A DNA stretch of 64,000 nucleotides from an uncultured delta proteobacterium (GCA_963851365.1 CAWKPA010000001.1:40390-104389); one strand, 5' to 3'. Positions 16,732 to 26,549 are shown, numbered from the stretch's first letter. Program-made: numbers and translations. Notes: a model not told the origin generated them from the sequence alone.

Positions 16732-18233
16732 GTCGCGCCAGCGCACGCGCGACCGCGCCGTGGTGGACCGCCGCCGCCACCGTCGTTGCCGGCATCACCG
16801 CGCTGCGACTCTGGTTCCTCTGGCGCTCCGGCCTCGAGCTCGACTTCGAGGAGGCCCAGTACTGGCTCTGGTCCCGCACCCCGACCTGGGGCTACTGGTC
16901 GAAGCCACCGATGGTCGCATGGCTGATCGCCGCGACCACCACCGTCTGCGGCGACGGCGAGCCGTGCGTGCGCCTGGCGGCACCCCTGATTCACGGCGTC
17001 ACGGCGGCGGCCGTCGGCGCGCTCGGGTATCTGCTCGGCGGCCCCCCCCTCGGGTGCTGGTCGGCCGTCGCGTACGCCACCCTGCCGGGCGTCGCGGTCT
17101 CGGCGGTGCTGCTCACCACCGATGTCCCGCTGCTCTGCTGCTGGGCCGTGGCGCTGCTGGCGTTCGTCCGGCTGCGCGACGGCGGCGGATGGGCCTGGGC
17201 CGCGACCTGCGGCGTGGCGCTCGGCGCCGGGCTGCTCAGCAAGTACACGATGCTGCTCTTCGTGCCGTGCGCCGCGCTCTACCTCGTGCGCGCGCGGCGG
17301 TGGATCGCGCCCGCGCACCTCGCACTGGCCGGCGGGCTGGCGGCGTTCCTGGTCGCGCCGAACATCGCCTGGAATCTCTCGAACGACCTGGGCACGGTGC
17401 GGCACTCGGCGTCGCGACTGCTGCCGGGCACGGCGAGCTTCCAACTCCGCGAACCGCTGCTCTTCCTGCTCGGCCAGTTCGCGATCATCGGGCCGAACCT
17501 CGGCGTGGCGCTCGTCCTGGCGTTCGTCCTGCGGTGGCGTGACCCGGGCGCCCCCCGGGAGGATCTGCGCCGGCTGCTCGGCGTATTCACCGTGCTGCCC
17601 CTCGCCGTCGCCGCGCTCGTCGGCGTCGTCGCCCGCGTGAACCTCAACTGGGCGGCGCCCGCATACGTCGCCGGCTGCATCCTCGCCGTCGCGTGGGCGC
17701 TCGACGCGGGCCGGCGGCGGCCGCTCGCCCGCGCCGTTGCGCTGAATGCCGTGTTGGGGCTGGTCCTCTACGCGGCGTTGGCCGCCCTGCCGGTCATCCG
17801 CCTGCCCGACATGCCGCCGGTGCAGGTCGCAGCCCGGTTCCGCGGGTGGGGCGAACTCGGGCGGCGCGTGGCGGCGTACGCCGCGCAGCTCGGCGACGCG
17901 CGCGTGCTGGCCGACCTCCGCGAGCTGCTGCCAGTCGCTGGCTACTACGGGCGGGTGCCGGAGGCGCGCCTCGTGGAATGGAATCCCTCCGGGATTCCGC
18001 ACAGCCATTTCCAGGCCAGGGCGCGGCTCGATGCCGGCGATCCCGGGCCATGGCTTTTCGTGTCCTGGCGTCCCCGTCCGACGGGCGTCCTCGATCGGTT
18101 CGCACGTGCCGAGCTGGTCGACGTCGTCACCGTGCCGCTCGCGCCGGGCCTCACCCGCACGCACTGGCTGTTCGCCCTCGCGGGCTTCCGCGGCTACGCC
18201 CGCGCGGCGGCGGGCACCGCCGCGAGCCGCTGA
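16728..18233 (+). CDS. GT-C fold membrane glycosyltransferase (family 39 / ArnT-PMT_2-like)
   Basis: Multi-TM protein with EAQYWLWSRTP..GYWSKPPMVAWL, typical of ArnT/PMT_2 N-terminal loops. Inferred TTG start at 16728 overlaps the SDR stop (TTGA). Alternative start GTG 16647. Confidence 0.7.
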   Translation: MSRASARATAPWWTAAATVVAGITALRLWFLWRSGLELDFEEAQYWLWSRTPTWGYWSKPPMVAWLIAATTTVCGDGEPCVRLAAPLIHGVTAAAVGALGYLLGGPPLGCWSAVAYATLPGVAVSAVLLTTDVPLLCCWAVALLAFVRLRDGGGWAWAATCGVALGAGLLSKYTMLLFVPCAALYLVRARRWIAPAHLALAGGLAAFLVAPNIAWNLSNDLGTVRHSASRLLPGTASFQLREPLLFLLGQFAIIGPNLGVALVLAFVLRWRDPGAPREDLRRLLGVFTVLPLAVAALVGVVARVNLNWAAPAYVAGCILAVAWALDAGRRRPLARAVALNAVLGLVLYAALAALPVIRLPDMPPVQVAARFRGWGELGRRVAAYAAQLGDARVLADLRELLPVAGYYGRVPEARLVEWNPSGIPHSHFQARARLDAGDPGPWLFVSWRPRPTGVLDRFARAELVDVVTVPLAPGLTRTHWLFALAGFRGYARAAAGTAASR

Positions 18234-19684
18234 GCCAACTTCACGCCGCCCAGCGCGGTCGCGAGCGTGCTCTGGCCCGGGAAGACGGAGTCGCCGACGA
18301 GGTGCAGCCCGGGCGCGGGCGCCACGGGCAGCGCGGACCAGTAGTGCCGGAGGCCGCGCCGCCTGGGGATACCGCCGACAAAGCCGTCGCGCCGTCCCGT
18401 GAAGCGCGCGAAGGTACGCGGCGACGCCGTCAGCTCGTGACGCACGCGACCTGCCCACTCCGGCACGCGCGCCGCCAGCGTCTCCCGCATGCGCGCCTGG
18501 ACCCCGGACACCCAGCGCGCGCGCGCGGCGACGCCCAACGCCCGGAGGGGACGCATCGGCACGTGGGTCGACACCGTGACCGTGCGGAGCCCCGCCGGCG
18601 CGCGCCCGTCGTCGCGCACGCCGCTCACGCTGCAGAAGCAGTGGTTCCCCTCGACCAGCGGCGCGGCCGCGTCGCCGATCACCTGCAGGTGGTGTGGGTC
18701 CGGCGGCAGCCCGGCGCCGTCGAGCACCAGATAGAGCATGCAGGCGCCCCAGCCCGTCTCCACCTCGCGGGTGACGCCGGCGAGACGCGGTCCGGCCGCC
18801 GGCACCAGCGCCGCCACGTCCTGCGGCAGCAGGTTCGCCGCAACGCGCTCGGCATGGATCGGCCCGCGGCGGGTGTCCAGGCGCCAGCCCGCGCCGTCGC
18901 GAGCGAGTGCGCGCACGCGACACGACAGCTCGACGCGGCCACCAAGCCCACGGATGGCTTCGACCAGGCCCCACGCGAGCCGCCCGATGCCGCCGCGCAC
19001 GTGCCCCGTGCCGCGCCAGTAGTAGTCCATGGTGCCGAGAGCGAACGGGGCTTCGGCCTCGGCGGCGCTGCACTGCACGGTGATCTGACAGAGGGCATCC
19101 AGATAGGTGCCGAGCGGGGCACAGCCGTCGAGGCCGTCGCGACGGAGGACGTCGCCCAGCGAACGCCCGATCACGCCGAGCAGCGGCACGTAGCGGGGCA
19201 GCGCGGCCATGTGCCGCAGCGCCGCGCGCAAATCGAAGGGCGGCAGGAGCACCGGGTCCGCCAGCACATCCCACAACACGTCGGCGACGCGGCGCTGGCG
19301 GCCGAAGAACCGCCGCAACGCCGCTGGCGGCACAGCCGCGATCGCTTCCAGCTGCCGCAGCAGCGCCTCGCGGTCACGCCGCACGTCCAACCGCCATGCC
19401 GCCGTCCGCAGCTCGACGACCGGATCGGGCCACTCCACCTGCACGTCGAGTCCGTGGCGCGTGATCCAGTCGCCGAAGAGCTGGCCGGGCGCCAGCCCGG
19501 AGAACAACGTGGCGCCCGACTCGAAGCGATACCCGTCACGCTGGAAGGTGCTCGCGCAGCCGCCCGGGTAGTTGAGTCGCTCACACACGACCACCCGGGC
19601 GCCCAGCTCGGCGAGGCGCAGCGCGACGCCGAGCCCGCCGAACCCGGCGCCGATCACGGCGACGTCGTAGCGCTCCGGCCCCAC
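18194..19684 (-). CDS. phytoene-desaturase-family FAD/NAD(P)-dependent oxidoreductase (CrtI/CrtD-like)
   Basis: N-terminal YDVAVIGAGFGGLGVALRLAELGARVVVCERLNYPGG. C-terminal LHLVGDSVFPGQS. GTG start. Confidence 0.8.
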   Translation of the reverse strand: MGPERYDVAVIGAGFGGLGVALRLAELGARVVVCERLNYPGGCASTFQRDGYRFESGATLFSGLAPGQLFGDWITRHGLDVQVEWPDPVVELRTAAWRLDVRRDREALLRQLEAIAAVPPAALRRFFGRQRRVADVLWDVLADPVLLPPFDLRAALRHMAALPRYVPLLGVIGRSLGDVLRRDGLDGCAPLGTYLDALCQITVQCSAAEAEAPFALGTMDYYWRGTGHVRGGIGRLAWGLVEAIRGLGGRVELSCRVRALARDGAGWRLDTRRGPIHAERVAANLLPQDVAALVPAAGPRLAGVTREVETGWGACMLYLVLDGAGLPPDPHHLQVIGDAAAPLVEGNHCFCSVSGVRDDGRAPAGLRTVTVSTHVPMRPLRALGVAARARWVSGVQARMRETLAARVPEWAGRVRHELTASPRTFARFTGRRDGFVGGIPRRRGLRHYWSALPVAPAPGLHLVGDSVFPGQSTLATALGGVKLAQRLAAVPAAARA

Positions 19685-19725
19685 GCGCTCAGGGAAGCAC
19701 GCGGGGCGACCTCACTGAACCCGCC

Positions 19726-21162
19726 TCAGGCGAGGCGCTCGAGGCGGCGTTCGAGACGCAGCATGGAGAAGAACTCGCGCCGGGTGCGGGGGCCGTACGT
19801 CACCAGCCGCCGCCCCGCATGCGCCCCGCCCTGCTCGTCCTGCGCCTCGGCGAGCTGATCCCCGTCGATCAGGCCCCGCGGCCGCCGCCGCGGCTTCACG
19901 CCGTAGAGGCGCGCGGCGTTCAGGCCGAGGATGCGCCGCTTCGCCTTGTCGGTGAGCGGCGGATAGCCGAACTGCTCCTGCATCTGCTCGGGGATCTCCA
20001 GGCAGCGAAACGCGTCGATCAGCCACTGCGGCGAACCCCACCAGATGGAATCCGTGCCCCAGAGGATGTTGCGCGACCCGAAGACCTTCAGCAGCTGGCC
20101 CAGGAAGTGCGCCGCCGCGTCCGGTCCCCGCGCGATCTGGATGGCGAACGTGGAGCCGATTTCGGCGTAGACGCGCCGCCGTTCCTTTTTCGGCATGGCC
20201 GACACCAGCTCGAGCAGCTCCGACGAGCCGGCCTTCCCTTCCGGGTGGTCGCCGTCGCCGAACCACGCCGAGTGGTACGCGCAGAAGTTGAGCTCCGGCC
20301 AGTCGCGCACCACCTTCGGGAAGTCGGTGGCGCGCACGGTTTCCTCGCTCCCGGGCGCGAAGATGGCGGGCAGTCCCTTGTGGACGTTCACCAGCCTGAG
20401 ACCGAGGCGCTGGACCTCGGCGAGCATCGGGTAGGCGATCTGCTCGTCGTCGAGCCGCCAGTTGCCGCTGTAGGTGTAGCACTTGAGCGCCCGGGCACCG
20501 CGGGCCACCTGCCCCTCCAGGCTCGCGATCGACGTGGCGCCGCCCTGGAAGGCGGGCACCGGATCACACACGGCCTGAGCGAGGCAGCGCTCGGCGCCGC
20601 CGGCGAGCGCGTTCACGCGGTCGCGGGTGTCGAGCATGGCTTGCGGCCCCAGCGGGATGCCGCCGAACGGCAGGCCGCTGATCACGCCGACGTCGGTCTC
20701 GCTGTCGACGAAGACCTCCTTGATGAAGTTGGTCTGACCGACGACCGTGGGACAGCCGCCGGCGGCAGCGCGATCGCGGAAGCGCAGGCTGCAGCCGAGC
20801 GCTTCGGGATACTGCTCGAGGTCGACGTGGTGCTGCTGCACGTCCATGACGAAATACTTCTTGGCCAGCTTCTCGCGCGCGGCCTCGGGATCGGCGCACT
20901 GCTTCTTGGTGACCGCGAACGCCGACGAGCCGTGGAGCTGGTTCAGCACCGCGAAGCCGGTGAGCGTGGCGGCGGCGGTGCGGAGAAACTGCGCCCGCGA
21001 CATGCCGTGACGCCGGGCCTGCCGATCGCACGCCTCGGCGATGAGCCGCTCGGCCAGCAACTGCCGGTCGGTGATCGGAGTCGGCATCCATTCCATGTTG
21101 GACACCGGATAGGTCGGGAACGGTACGATCGCGGGATCGTCGGGGCGTCGGGCCATTTCCAC
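19726..21162 (-). CDS. amidohydrolase-family protein (Amidohydro_2-like), possibly exported
   Basis: MDVQQHH near the N-terminus of the barrel, NVHKG, and a C-terminal ILWGTDS..LNAARLYG. Internal MSRAQFLRTAAATLTGFAVL resembles a signal peptide. Start uncertain (GTG 21162 or ATG 21156). Confidence 0.7.
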   Translation of the reverse strand: MEMARRPDDPAIVPFPTYPVSNMEWMPTPITDRQLLAERLIAEACDRQARRHGMSRAQFLRTAAATLTGFAVLNQLHGSSAFAVTKKQCADPEAAREKLAKKYFVMDVQQHHVDLEQYPEALGCSLRFRDRAAAGGCPTVVGQTNFIKEVFVDSETDVGVISGLPFGGIPLGPQAMLDTRDRVNALAGGAERCLAQAVCDPVPAFQGGATSIASLEGQVARGARALKCYTYSGNWRLDDEQIAYPMLAEVQRLGLRLVNVHKGLPAIFAPGSEETVRATDFPKVVRDWPELNFCAYHSAWFGDGDHPEGKAGSSELLELVSAMPKKERRRVYAEIGSTFAIQIARGPDAAAHFLGQLLKVFGSRNILWGTDSIWWGSPQWLIDAFRCLEIPEQMQEQFGYPPLTDKAKRRILGLNAARLYGVKPRRRPRGLIDGDQLAEAQDEQGGAHAGRRLVTYGPRTRREFFSMLRLERRLERLA

Positions 21163-21299
21163 CCCGTAACACGTCGCCCTCCCAGCCGTAAACCGCTCGT
21201 CCCCGAACGGAGCGCCAGACCCGCCGAACGGGCGCCCCGGGCGGCCGATCGGGCGCGATCGCCTTTCCCGTCGAGGGGCAGTTGTGGTAGCCCACTCGC

Positions 21300-23225
21300 A
21301 TGCGACATGCCCGGGTCCGCCCGCTCGCTCTCGCCGTCACCGTGCTGCTCGGCGGTCTCGTCGCGCCGGCGCACGCATCCGACGATTGCACCACGCCCCG
21401 GTGTCAGAGCCCCACGGAGATCGCCGCCATGCAGCGCGCCGTCGCCGAGCAGTGCGACTGCGCGGGCGCGCCCAAGGCGCGCGGCTACATGCAGTGCGTC
21501 AAGCAGGCCGTACGGAGTGCCTTGCGCGCGCGGACCCTGGCCCGCACCTGCAAGGGCGCGGTGATGCGGTGCGAGGCGAAGATCGGCTGCGGCCGCGGCA
21601 TCCGCCCGTTCCGGACCGTGCAGCAGATCTTCACCCAAAGCTGCGCGCTGCCTTCGTGCCACTCCGGCGTCGCCCGTCAGGGCGGCCTGGTGCTCGACGA
21701 CGAGGGCGTGTCGTACCGGTCGCTGGTGGGCCGCGCCGCCACGCTGGAGAGCGGCGCGACGCTGGTCGTCCCGGGCGACCCGGACGCCAGCTTTCTGATC
21801 CAGAAGCTGAAGGGCACCGCGCCGGGCAGCCAGATGCCGCAGGGCGCGCGCCCGCTGTCCAAGGGGACCATCAAGCTGATCGAACGGTGGATCGCCCGCG
21901 GCGCGCTGTCGACCGAAGAGGAGTGCCCACCCGCCGAGACGCGGGGCAAGCGGCGCGGACGCAAGACCTGCAACGATCGGCCGCTGCGCGCCGGGTCGTT
22001 CACGTGGAAGCCCGAGCCGCCACTATCGCCGCCCGCCGCCGAGAACGAGGTCGGCATCCAGCTCTACACGCCGCCACTCGACGTCCCCGCCGGCAAGGAG
22101 TGGGAGAAGTGCTACGCCTTCAAGGCGGTCGACTGGCCGGGCCTCGCGGCCCAGCTCGGCTACGCGCCCGGATCGTTGCCGGTCGTCAAGCGGCAGACCT
22201 ACCGGATGCACGAGGGCAGCCACCACCTGCTGGTCTACGCGTACTTCGGGCAGTACCCGGAGCGCTGGGCCGACGGCTACTTCGACTGCTTCGCGGGCCA
22301 GTGCGACGCGAGCAATCCCAACGACTGCCCGCCCGACGCCGGCACCTTCACGATCCCGATCGGCGGCACGCAGGTGGCGGGGACACGCTACGAGGTGCAG
22401 TACCCCGACGGCGTCGGCGTGCCGGTGCTGAGCGACAAAGCCGTCATCATCGCCAACCTCCACTACACCAACCCGTTCCAGCCCCAACAGCCGATCTACG
22501 GCGAGTCGTGGCTGAACATGTACCTCTACCGGCCGAGCGAGTTCAAAGTGATCCTCGACGGCATCTTCGCGGTGAACTTCGCCGACTTGTTCGTCGAGCC
22601 CTACACCAGCCGGACCATCTCGCGCATCTGGCAGCCGCGTGATTTCATCAGTCGCGCGCCGACCGACGCGTCGGTGTTCCAGCTCTTCGGCCACATGCAC
22701 AAGCGGGGGACGCTGTTCCAGATCGACTTCGTCCGCGACGGCAAGTGTTCGGGCAGCGGCGCGCTCTGCGGCCGCGACGACGACTGCGCCTGCCGGTCGA
22801 ACCAGCGGAACTGTCAGCCCGGCCAGAGCTGCCTGCGAGGCCCGACCCACCGCGATGAGACCATCTACTACACCACCGCGTGGGACCAGGCGCCGGTGGT
22901 GGACTACCAGAAGCCGTACCTGAAGGTGACCCGGGACGAAGGCCTCCGGTGGACCTGCACGCATGTGAACGGCGTGCAGGGCGACGACACGCGGCCGCCG
23001 AAGAAGTGCCACGAGGGCTGCGTCACCTGCGGCTGGGATCCGGACACCCGGACCTGCATCTTCACGCGCGGGGACGAGCTGGGCTTCCAGGACACGCCCC
23101 GCGTCTACGCGCTGGGCGACCCGATGCCGGTCGTGTTCGGCGAACTGGCCGACGACGACATGTGCAACATGTTCGGCTACTTCATCAAAACGAGCTATCT
23201 CGACGCGGCGGGCGACGTGCGCTGA
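21300..23225 (+). CDS. secreted multidomain protein: Cys-rich module + PSCyt1-like module + PHM/DBH-like copper monooxygenase domains
   Basis: Signal peptide MRHARVRPLALAVTVLLGGLVAPAHA. PSCyt1-like pattern FRTVQQIFTQSCALPSCHSG...VVPGDPDASFLIQKL..QMP..LIERWIARGA. Candidate copper ligands GSHHLLVY, NLHY, GHMHKRG and DDDMCNMFGYF. Confidence 0.75.
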   Translation: MRHARVRPLALAVTVLLGGLVAPAHASDDCTTPRCQSPTEIAAMQRAVAEQCDCAGAPKARGYMQCVKQAVRSALRARTLARTCKGAVMRCEAKIGCGRGIRPFRTVQQIFTQSCALPSCHSGVARQGGLVLDDEGVSYRSLVGRAATLESGATLVVPGDPDASFLIQKLKGTAPGSQMPQGARPLSKGTIKLIERWIARGALSTEEECPPAETRGKRRGRKTCNDRPLRAGSFTWKPEPPLSPPAAENEVGIQLYTPPLDVPAGKEWEKCYAFKAVDWPGLAAQLGYAPGSLPVVKRQTYRMHEGSHHLLVYAYFGQYPERWADGYFDCFAGQCDASNPNDCPPDAGTFTIPIGGTQVAGTRYEVQYPDGVGVPVLSDKAVIIANLHYTNPFQPQQPIYGESWLNMYLYRPSEFKVILDGIFAVNFADLFVEPYTSRTISRIWQPRDFISRAPTDASVFQLFGHMHKRGTLFQIDFVRDGKCSGSGALCGRDDDCACRSNQRNCQPGQSCLRGPTHRDETIYYTTAWDQAPVVDYQKPYLKVTRDEGLRWTCTHVNGVQGDDTRPPKKCHEGCVTCGWDPDTRTCIFTRGDELGFQDTPRVYALGDPMPVVFGELADDDMCNMFGYFIKTSYLDAAGDVR

Positions 23226-23231
23226 GCGCCG

Positions 23232-23591
23232 TCACGCCCCCGGCAGGTCGGTGCTCGTCACGACTTCGTGCACCTCGAGCACGTTCGGGCCCGCGAACAT
23301 CTCCGCCGGCGGCCGGTTCTGGTGCGCCTCGGCGAAATCCGCGCTCTGTGTCCACGCGACAAAATCGTCGAAGGTCCGCCACCACGTCTTGACCTCGTAG
23401 TAGCCCTGCGCATCCGGATCCTCCCGCCAGCCCCCTCGTTCGTGGTCGAACTTCACGGGACGCGGGCGGTGGACTTCGTTGCGCACGAACCCCGGGTGGC
23501 GATCCACCAGGTGGACGCGCCGGCGAAAGCGGTCCTCGAAGTCGATCTCGTGTCCCCGGGCGATGGGGATGCGGTTGGTGACGACGACCAT
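23232..23591 (-). CDS. antibiotic-biosynthesis-monooxygenase (ABM) domain protein, IsdG/MhuD-like
   Basis: N-terminal VVVTNRIPI (Asn), then KTWWRTFDDFVAWTQSADFAEAH. This mirrors the IsdG Asn/Trp/His arrangement (..[21 protein letters not shown]). Confidence 0.75.
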   Translation of the reverse strand: MVVVTNRIPIARGHEIDFEDRFRRRVHLVDRHPGFVRNEVHRPRPVKFDHERGGWREDPDAQGYYEVKTWWRTFDDFVAWTQSADFAEAHQNRPPAEMFAGPNVLEVHEVVTSTDLPGA

Positions 23592-23684
23592 GGGCCCGGT
23601 CTAGACACCGGCGCCGAGACCGCGCAAGTCGGCACGGCGCCGGACGGCCGGCGCCGGCAGGACGCCGGCGGCGAACGTCGAGGG

Positions 23685-24407
23685 TCAGGGACGCCGGTCC
23701 GGATCCGGCGGCGCCGGCGGCTCGAGCATCTCGATGGGCAGCCCGGGCGGCGCCAGCTCGGGCGGCACGACGCGGTCTTCCGGCAGCGCGACCGGGCGTC
23801 CCTGCGCGTCCTCCCAGACGAAGTCGGGCGAGAACATCAGGATGGCGGGAAGCCGCTGGCCGTCGTCGGTGCTCTGGAAGTGCCGCACGTAGCCCTGGGG
23901 AAGGACGAAATCGTCGGGCACGACGATGCCGCGCTTCACCGGCTTCGTACCCATGGGGGGGAACGCCCGGATGCCGCTGTGGTCGTCGGGTGGGCCGATG
24001 GTGAACGGCGCGTCCTCCCGCTGCGGCGGCTCCGCGGCGGGCGGCGACGCGGGCCGCACCGGGCGCGCTGTCGGTGGCGGCGAGGATGGCCGCGCCACCG
24101 GCGCGGCCGCGCCGGCCGTGGCGGCAGCGGTCGCAGGCGGTGCGGGCGGCGGCGCCACCGGCGCGGGCGCGCGCACCGGCGGCGCCGCGGACCCGGACGG
24201 CGGCGGGGGCGGCGGGGGCTCGGCGCGCCGCGCGGCGGTCGCGCGCAGCGCGAGCAGCGCGGCGATCACCGACAGCACCACCGCGCCCATGGCGATCAGC
24301 GTCACGCGTATCACCTTCCGGACGGCCGAGGTCTCGACGACGCGAACGCCGTCGAGCTCGCGTCGCCCCGCCGCTCGTTCCCCCTGCGCTCCAGGTTGGT
24401 TCGGCAT
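23685..24407 (-). CDS. membrane-anchored proline-rich protein (TonB-like topology, C-domain unrecognised)
   Basis: ATG 24407 (MPNQPG). One TM helix, VTLIAMGAVVLSVIAALLAL. A ~90-aa Pro/Ala-rich spacer, then a ~110-aa C-terminal domain. Confidence 0.55.
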   Translation of the reverse strand: MPNQPGAQGERAAGRRELDGVRVVETSAVRKVIRVTLIAMGAVVLSVIAALLALRATAARRAEPPPPPPPSGSAAPPVRAPAPVAPPPAPPATAAATAGAAAPVARPSSPPPTARPVRPASPPAAEPPQREDAPFTIGPPDDHSGIRAFPPMGTKPVKRGIVVPDDFVLPQGYVRHFQSTDDGQRLPAILMFSPDFVWEDAQGRPVALPEDRVVPPELAPPGLPIEMLEPPAPPDPDRRP

Positions 24408-24457
24408 CGGCTCCGCCGCTATATGGGGCCACGTCGCCCGAACCCGCAAGTCGTCCC

Positions 24458-25291
24458 GTGCACGCGATCGCCTCCCCAGTCGTCCTCCGCGGGCACCTGC
24501 ACTCCCGCACCTCGCGCGCCGTCGCGGGCGCCCTCGTCGCGTTCGCCGGGGCAGCGCTGCCGGCAGTCGCGCTGGCCGGGCTCCTGGGCGACCCCGAACT
24601 CCTCACCCCGCCGGTCCTGGTGAGCACGTTGCTCGTCTTCGCCGTCCTCCCGGCGGCGGCGGCATGGGCCGTCCAGCGCGCCGCCGCGGCGCGCATCACG
24701 CTGGACCGCGAGAGGATGACGCTCGAGCGCCGCGACCTTCGCGTCGAGGTGCCGCGGGCGGCTATCACCCGCGTGGCCCCGTGGGCGGTGCCCCTGCCCG
24801 GCCCCGGCGTCACCCTCGCGCTCGCATCGCCCCAGCGGCTGGCGATCGCCGACCCCACCGCGCTGCTGGAGGCGCTCGGCCAGCGGGCGGGTCGCGATCA
24901 CCCCGTCGTCGTGTGGGCCCACGCGCGCGCCCAGCGGCCTCCATGGCGGTGGCGCCACCGGCTCTGGAAGTTCGTCGGGTTCTCGTTCCCCGTGGCGGCG
25001 GTGCTGTTCCGCGCGCACCAGTGGATCGCCTACGGCGGCACCTTGGGCCAGTGGTACATGCAGGGGGCCGGCGCCTGGCTGCGGACCCTCGCGGTCTATT
25101 GGCTGGTGGTCGCGATCGATCTCGTGCTCTGGGCCGCGCTCTGGCGCGGCGTCGGGGAAGCCGCTGCGCTGGCCGCGGCGCCCATCGCACCCGCGCGGGC
25201 AGCGCGGGTGCGATGGGCCGTGGAGCTCGCGTGCCGGGTCGCGTACTACGCCGGGGTGCCGGCGTTGCTGGCGGCGCGCTTCCTCGCCTGA
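24458..25291 (+). CDS. hypothetical integral membrane protein
   Basis: Strong GC3 bias and several hydrophobic helices. Inferred GTG start at 24458, divergent from 24407. Confidence 0.5.
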   Translation: MHAIASPVVLRGHLHSRTSRAVAGALVAFAGAALPAVALAGLLGDPELLTPPVLVSTLLVFAVLPAAAAWAVQRAAAARITLDRERMTLERRDLRVEVPRAAITRVAPWAVPLPGPGVTLALASPQRLAIADPTALLEALGQRAGRDHPVVVWAHARAQRPPWRWRHRLWKFVGFSFPVAAVLFRAHQWIAYGGTLGQWYMQGAGAWLRTLAVYWLVVAIDLVLWAALWRGVGEAAALAAAPIAPARAARVRWAVELACRVAYYAGVPALLAARFLA

Positions 25292-25298
25292 GCCGCGG

Positions 25299-26396
25299 TC
25301 AGGGCGTCGCGGGGTTGAACGCCGAGATGCCCCAGCCCAAGCGCTCGTGCCCCCACTTGTTCCACTCGGGGTTCTTCCCGCCGACAATCTGCGCGCCGGA
25401 GAAATTGGGCGCGCCGGAACCCGAGCCGCTGCCGGTGAAGAGGTTGATGCCGATCGTGGACGAGCCGTAGTACGTCGGGTGCGTGTCGTCGGACAGCAGG
25501 TAGTCGTAGCTGGCGCCTGCGCTCACGAAGTGCGTATTCGAGTCGCGGATCGTCGAGCGGAGTGTCTGCGTGATGCGCGTCACGTAGTCCGCCTCCGTCT
25601 CGCCCGGCTGGTAGCGGAGCGCCACCGAGTCGATCTGACCGTCGCCGTTCGAGTCGTAGTCCGCCCCCATCCATTCGGCGAAGCTGTCGACGCAGGCGAA
25701 GCCGTACTGCGCCGCCAGGTTGCAGGTGCGCCAGTTGCTGCGCGCCAGGATGTTCAGGAAATTGCTCTGCTTGTTCACCTTCTGGCCGGTGGCGGCATCG
25801 GTGCAGTTGCTGAGCGCGTTGTCCGCCGCGTAGCCGGGGTAGTACAGGTTGGAGACGATCTTCACCTTGGCCGTGGTGGCGTACTGGTTGATCGCCTGCA
25901 TGGCCTGCGCGGTGAAATTGATGCAGTTCACGAGCGCGTTCTCGCCGCCGCTGAAGTTGCAGGTGCCGCTCTGCCCGTTGAAGCTGCTGCGCGCCTGCAG
26001 GTAGTCGTTGCCGCACATCTCGAAGGTGACGATGCGGGTGGAGGTGTTCTGCATGTACGAGCGCTCGCGCACGATCTTGTTGTTGTAGATGTCGCTGGCG
26101 ACGGCGCCGGACTTGGTCCGGCGCACCACCTCGATGTCGGCGTTCCACGCGTTCGACGCGTACTCGCCGTCGACCCACGGCGCGGCGCGCCGCGCCACGT
26201 TCGTGATCGACCCGCGGTAGCCGGCGAAGATCGAGTCGCCGTAGGCGACGACGCGGTACTTCGTGGTCGTGCCGGCCCGGTCGATCGTCCACGAGGTGTT
26301 CTGGTTGATGGTGTTGGCCCACGCGGGCCCGCTGGCGACGACCCCAGCGACGGCGAGCAGCCGAACGGCGCTCGTCCACAGACGCTTGCCCCCCAT
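25299..26396 (-). CDS. secreted SGNH/GDSL-family hydrolase (lipase/esterase)
   Basis: ATG 26396 preceded by AAGGAGGAA. Signal peptide. Block I VVAYGDSIFAG, block III FEMCGNDY, block V SDDTHPT. Confidence 0.8.
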   Translation of the reverse strand: MGGKRLWTSAVRLLAVAGVVASGPAWANTINQNTSWTIDRAGTTTKYRVVAYGDSIFAGYRGSITNVARRAAPWVDGEYASNAWNADIEVVRRTKSGAVASDIYNNKIVRERSYMQNTSTRIVTFEMCGNDYLQARSSFNGQSGTCNFSGGENALVNCINFTAQAMQAINQYATTAKVKIVSNLYYPGYAADNALSNCTDAATGQKVNKQSNFLNILARSNWRTCNLAAQYGFACVDSFAEWMGADYDSNGDGQIDSVALRYQPGETEADYVTRITQTLRSTIRDSNTHFVSAGASYDYLLSDDTHPTYYGSSTIGINLFTGSGSGSGAPNFSGAQIVGGKNPEWNKWGHERLGWGISAFNPATP

Positions 26397-26549
26397 TGCG
26401 CGTTCCTCCTTTGGCTCGGCGGATGCCCCGCGGTAGGCGGGGACGCCGACCCGCCGCGCATCTACGCGAGGGACGAGCAAGCCGTCAAGGAAAACAGCTG
26501 TCCGGCACGCCGCCACCGGCCGACGCGGTGCGGCGTGGCCAGGGACCGG

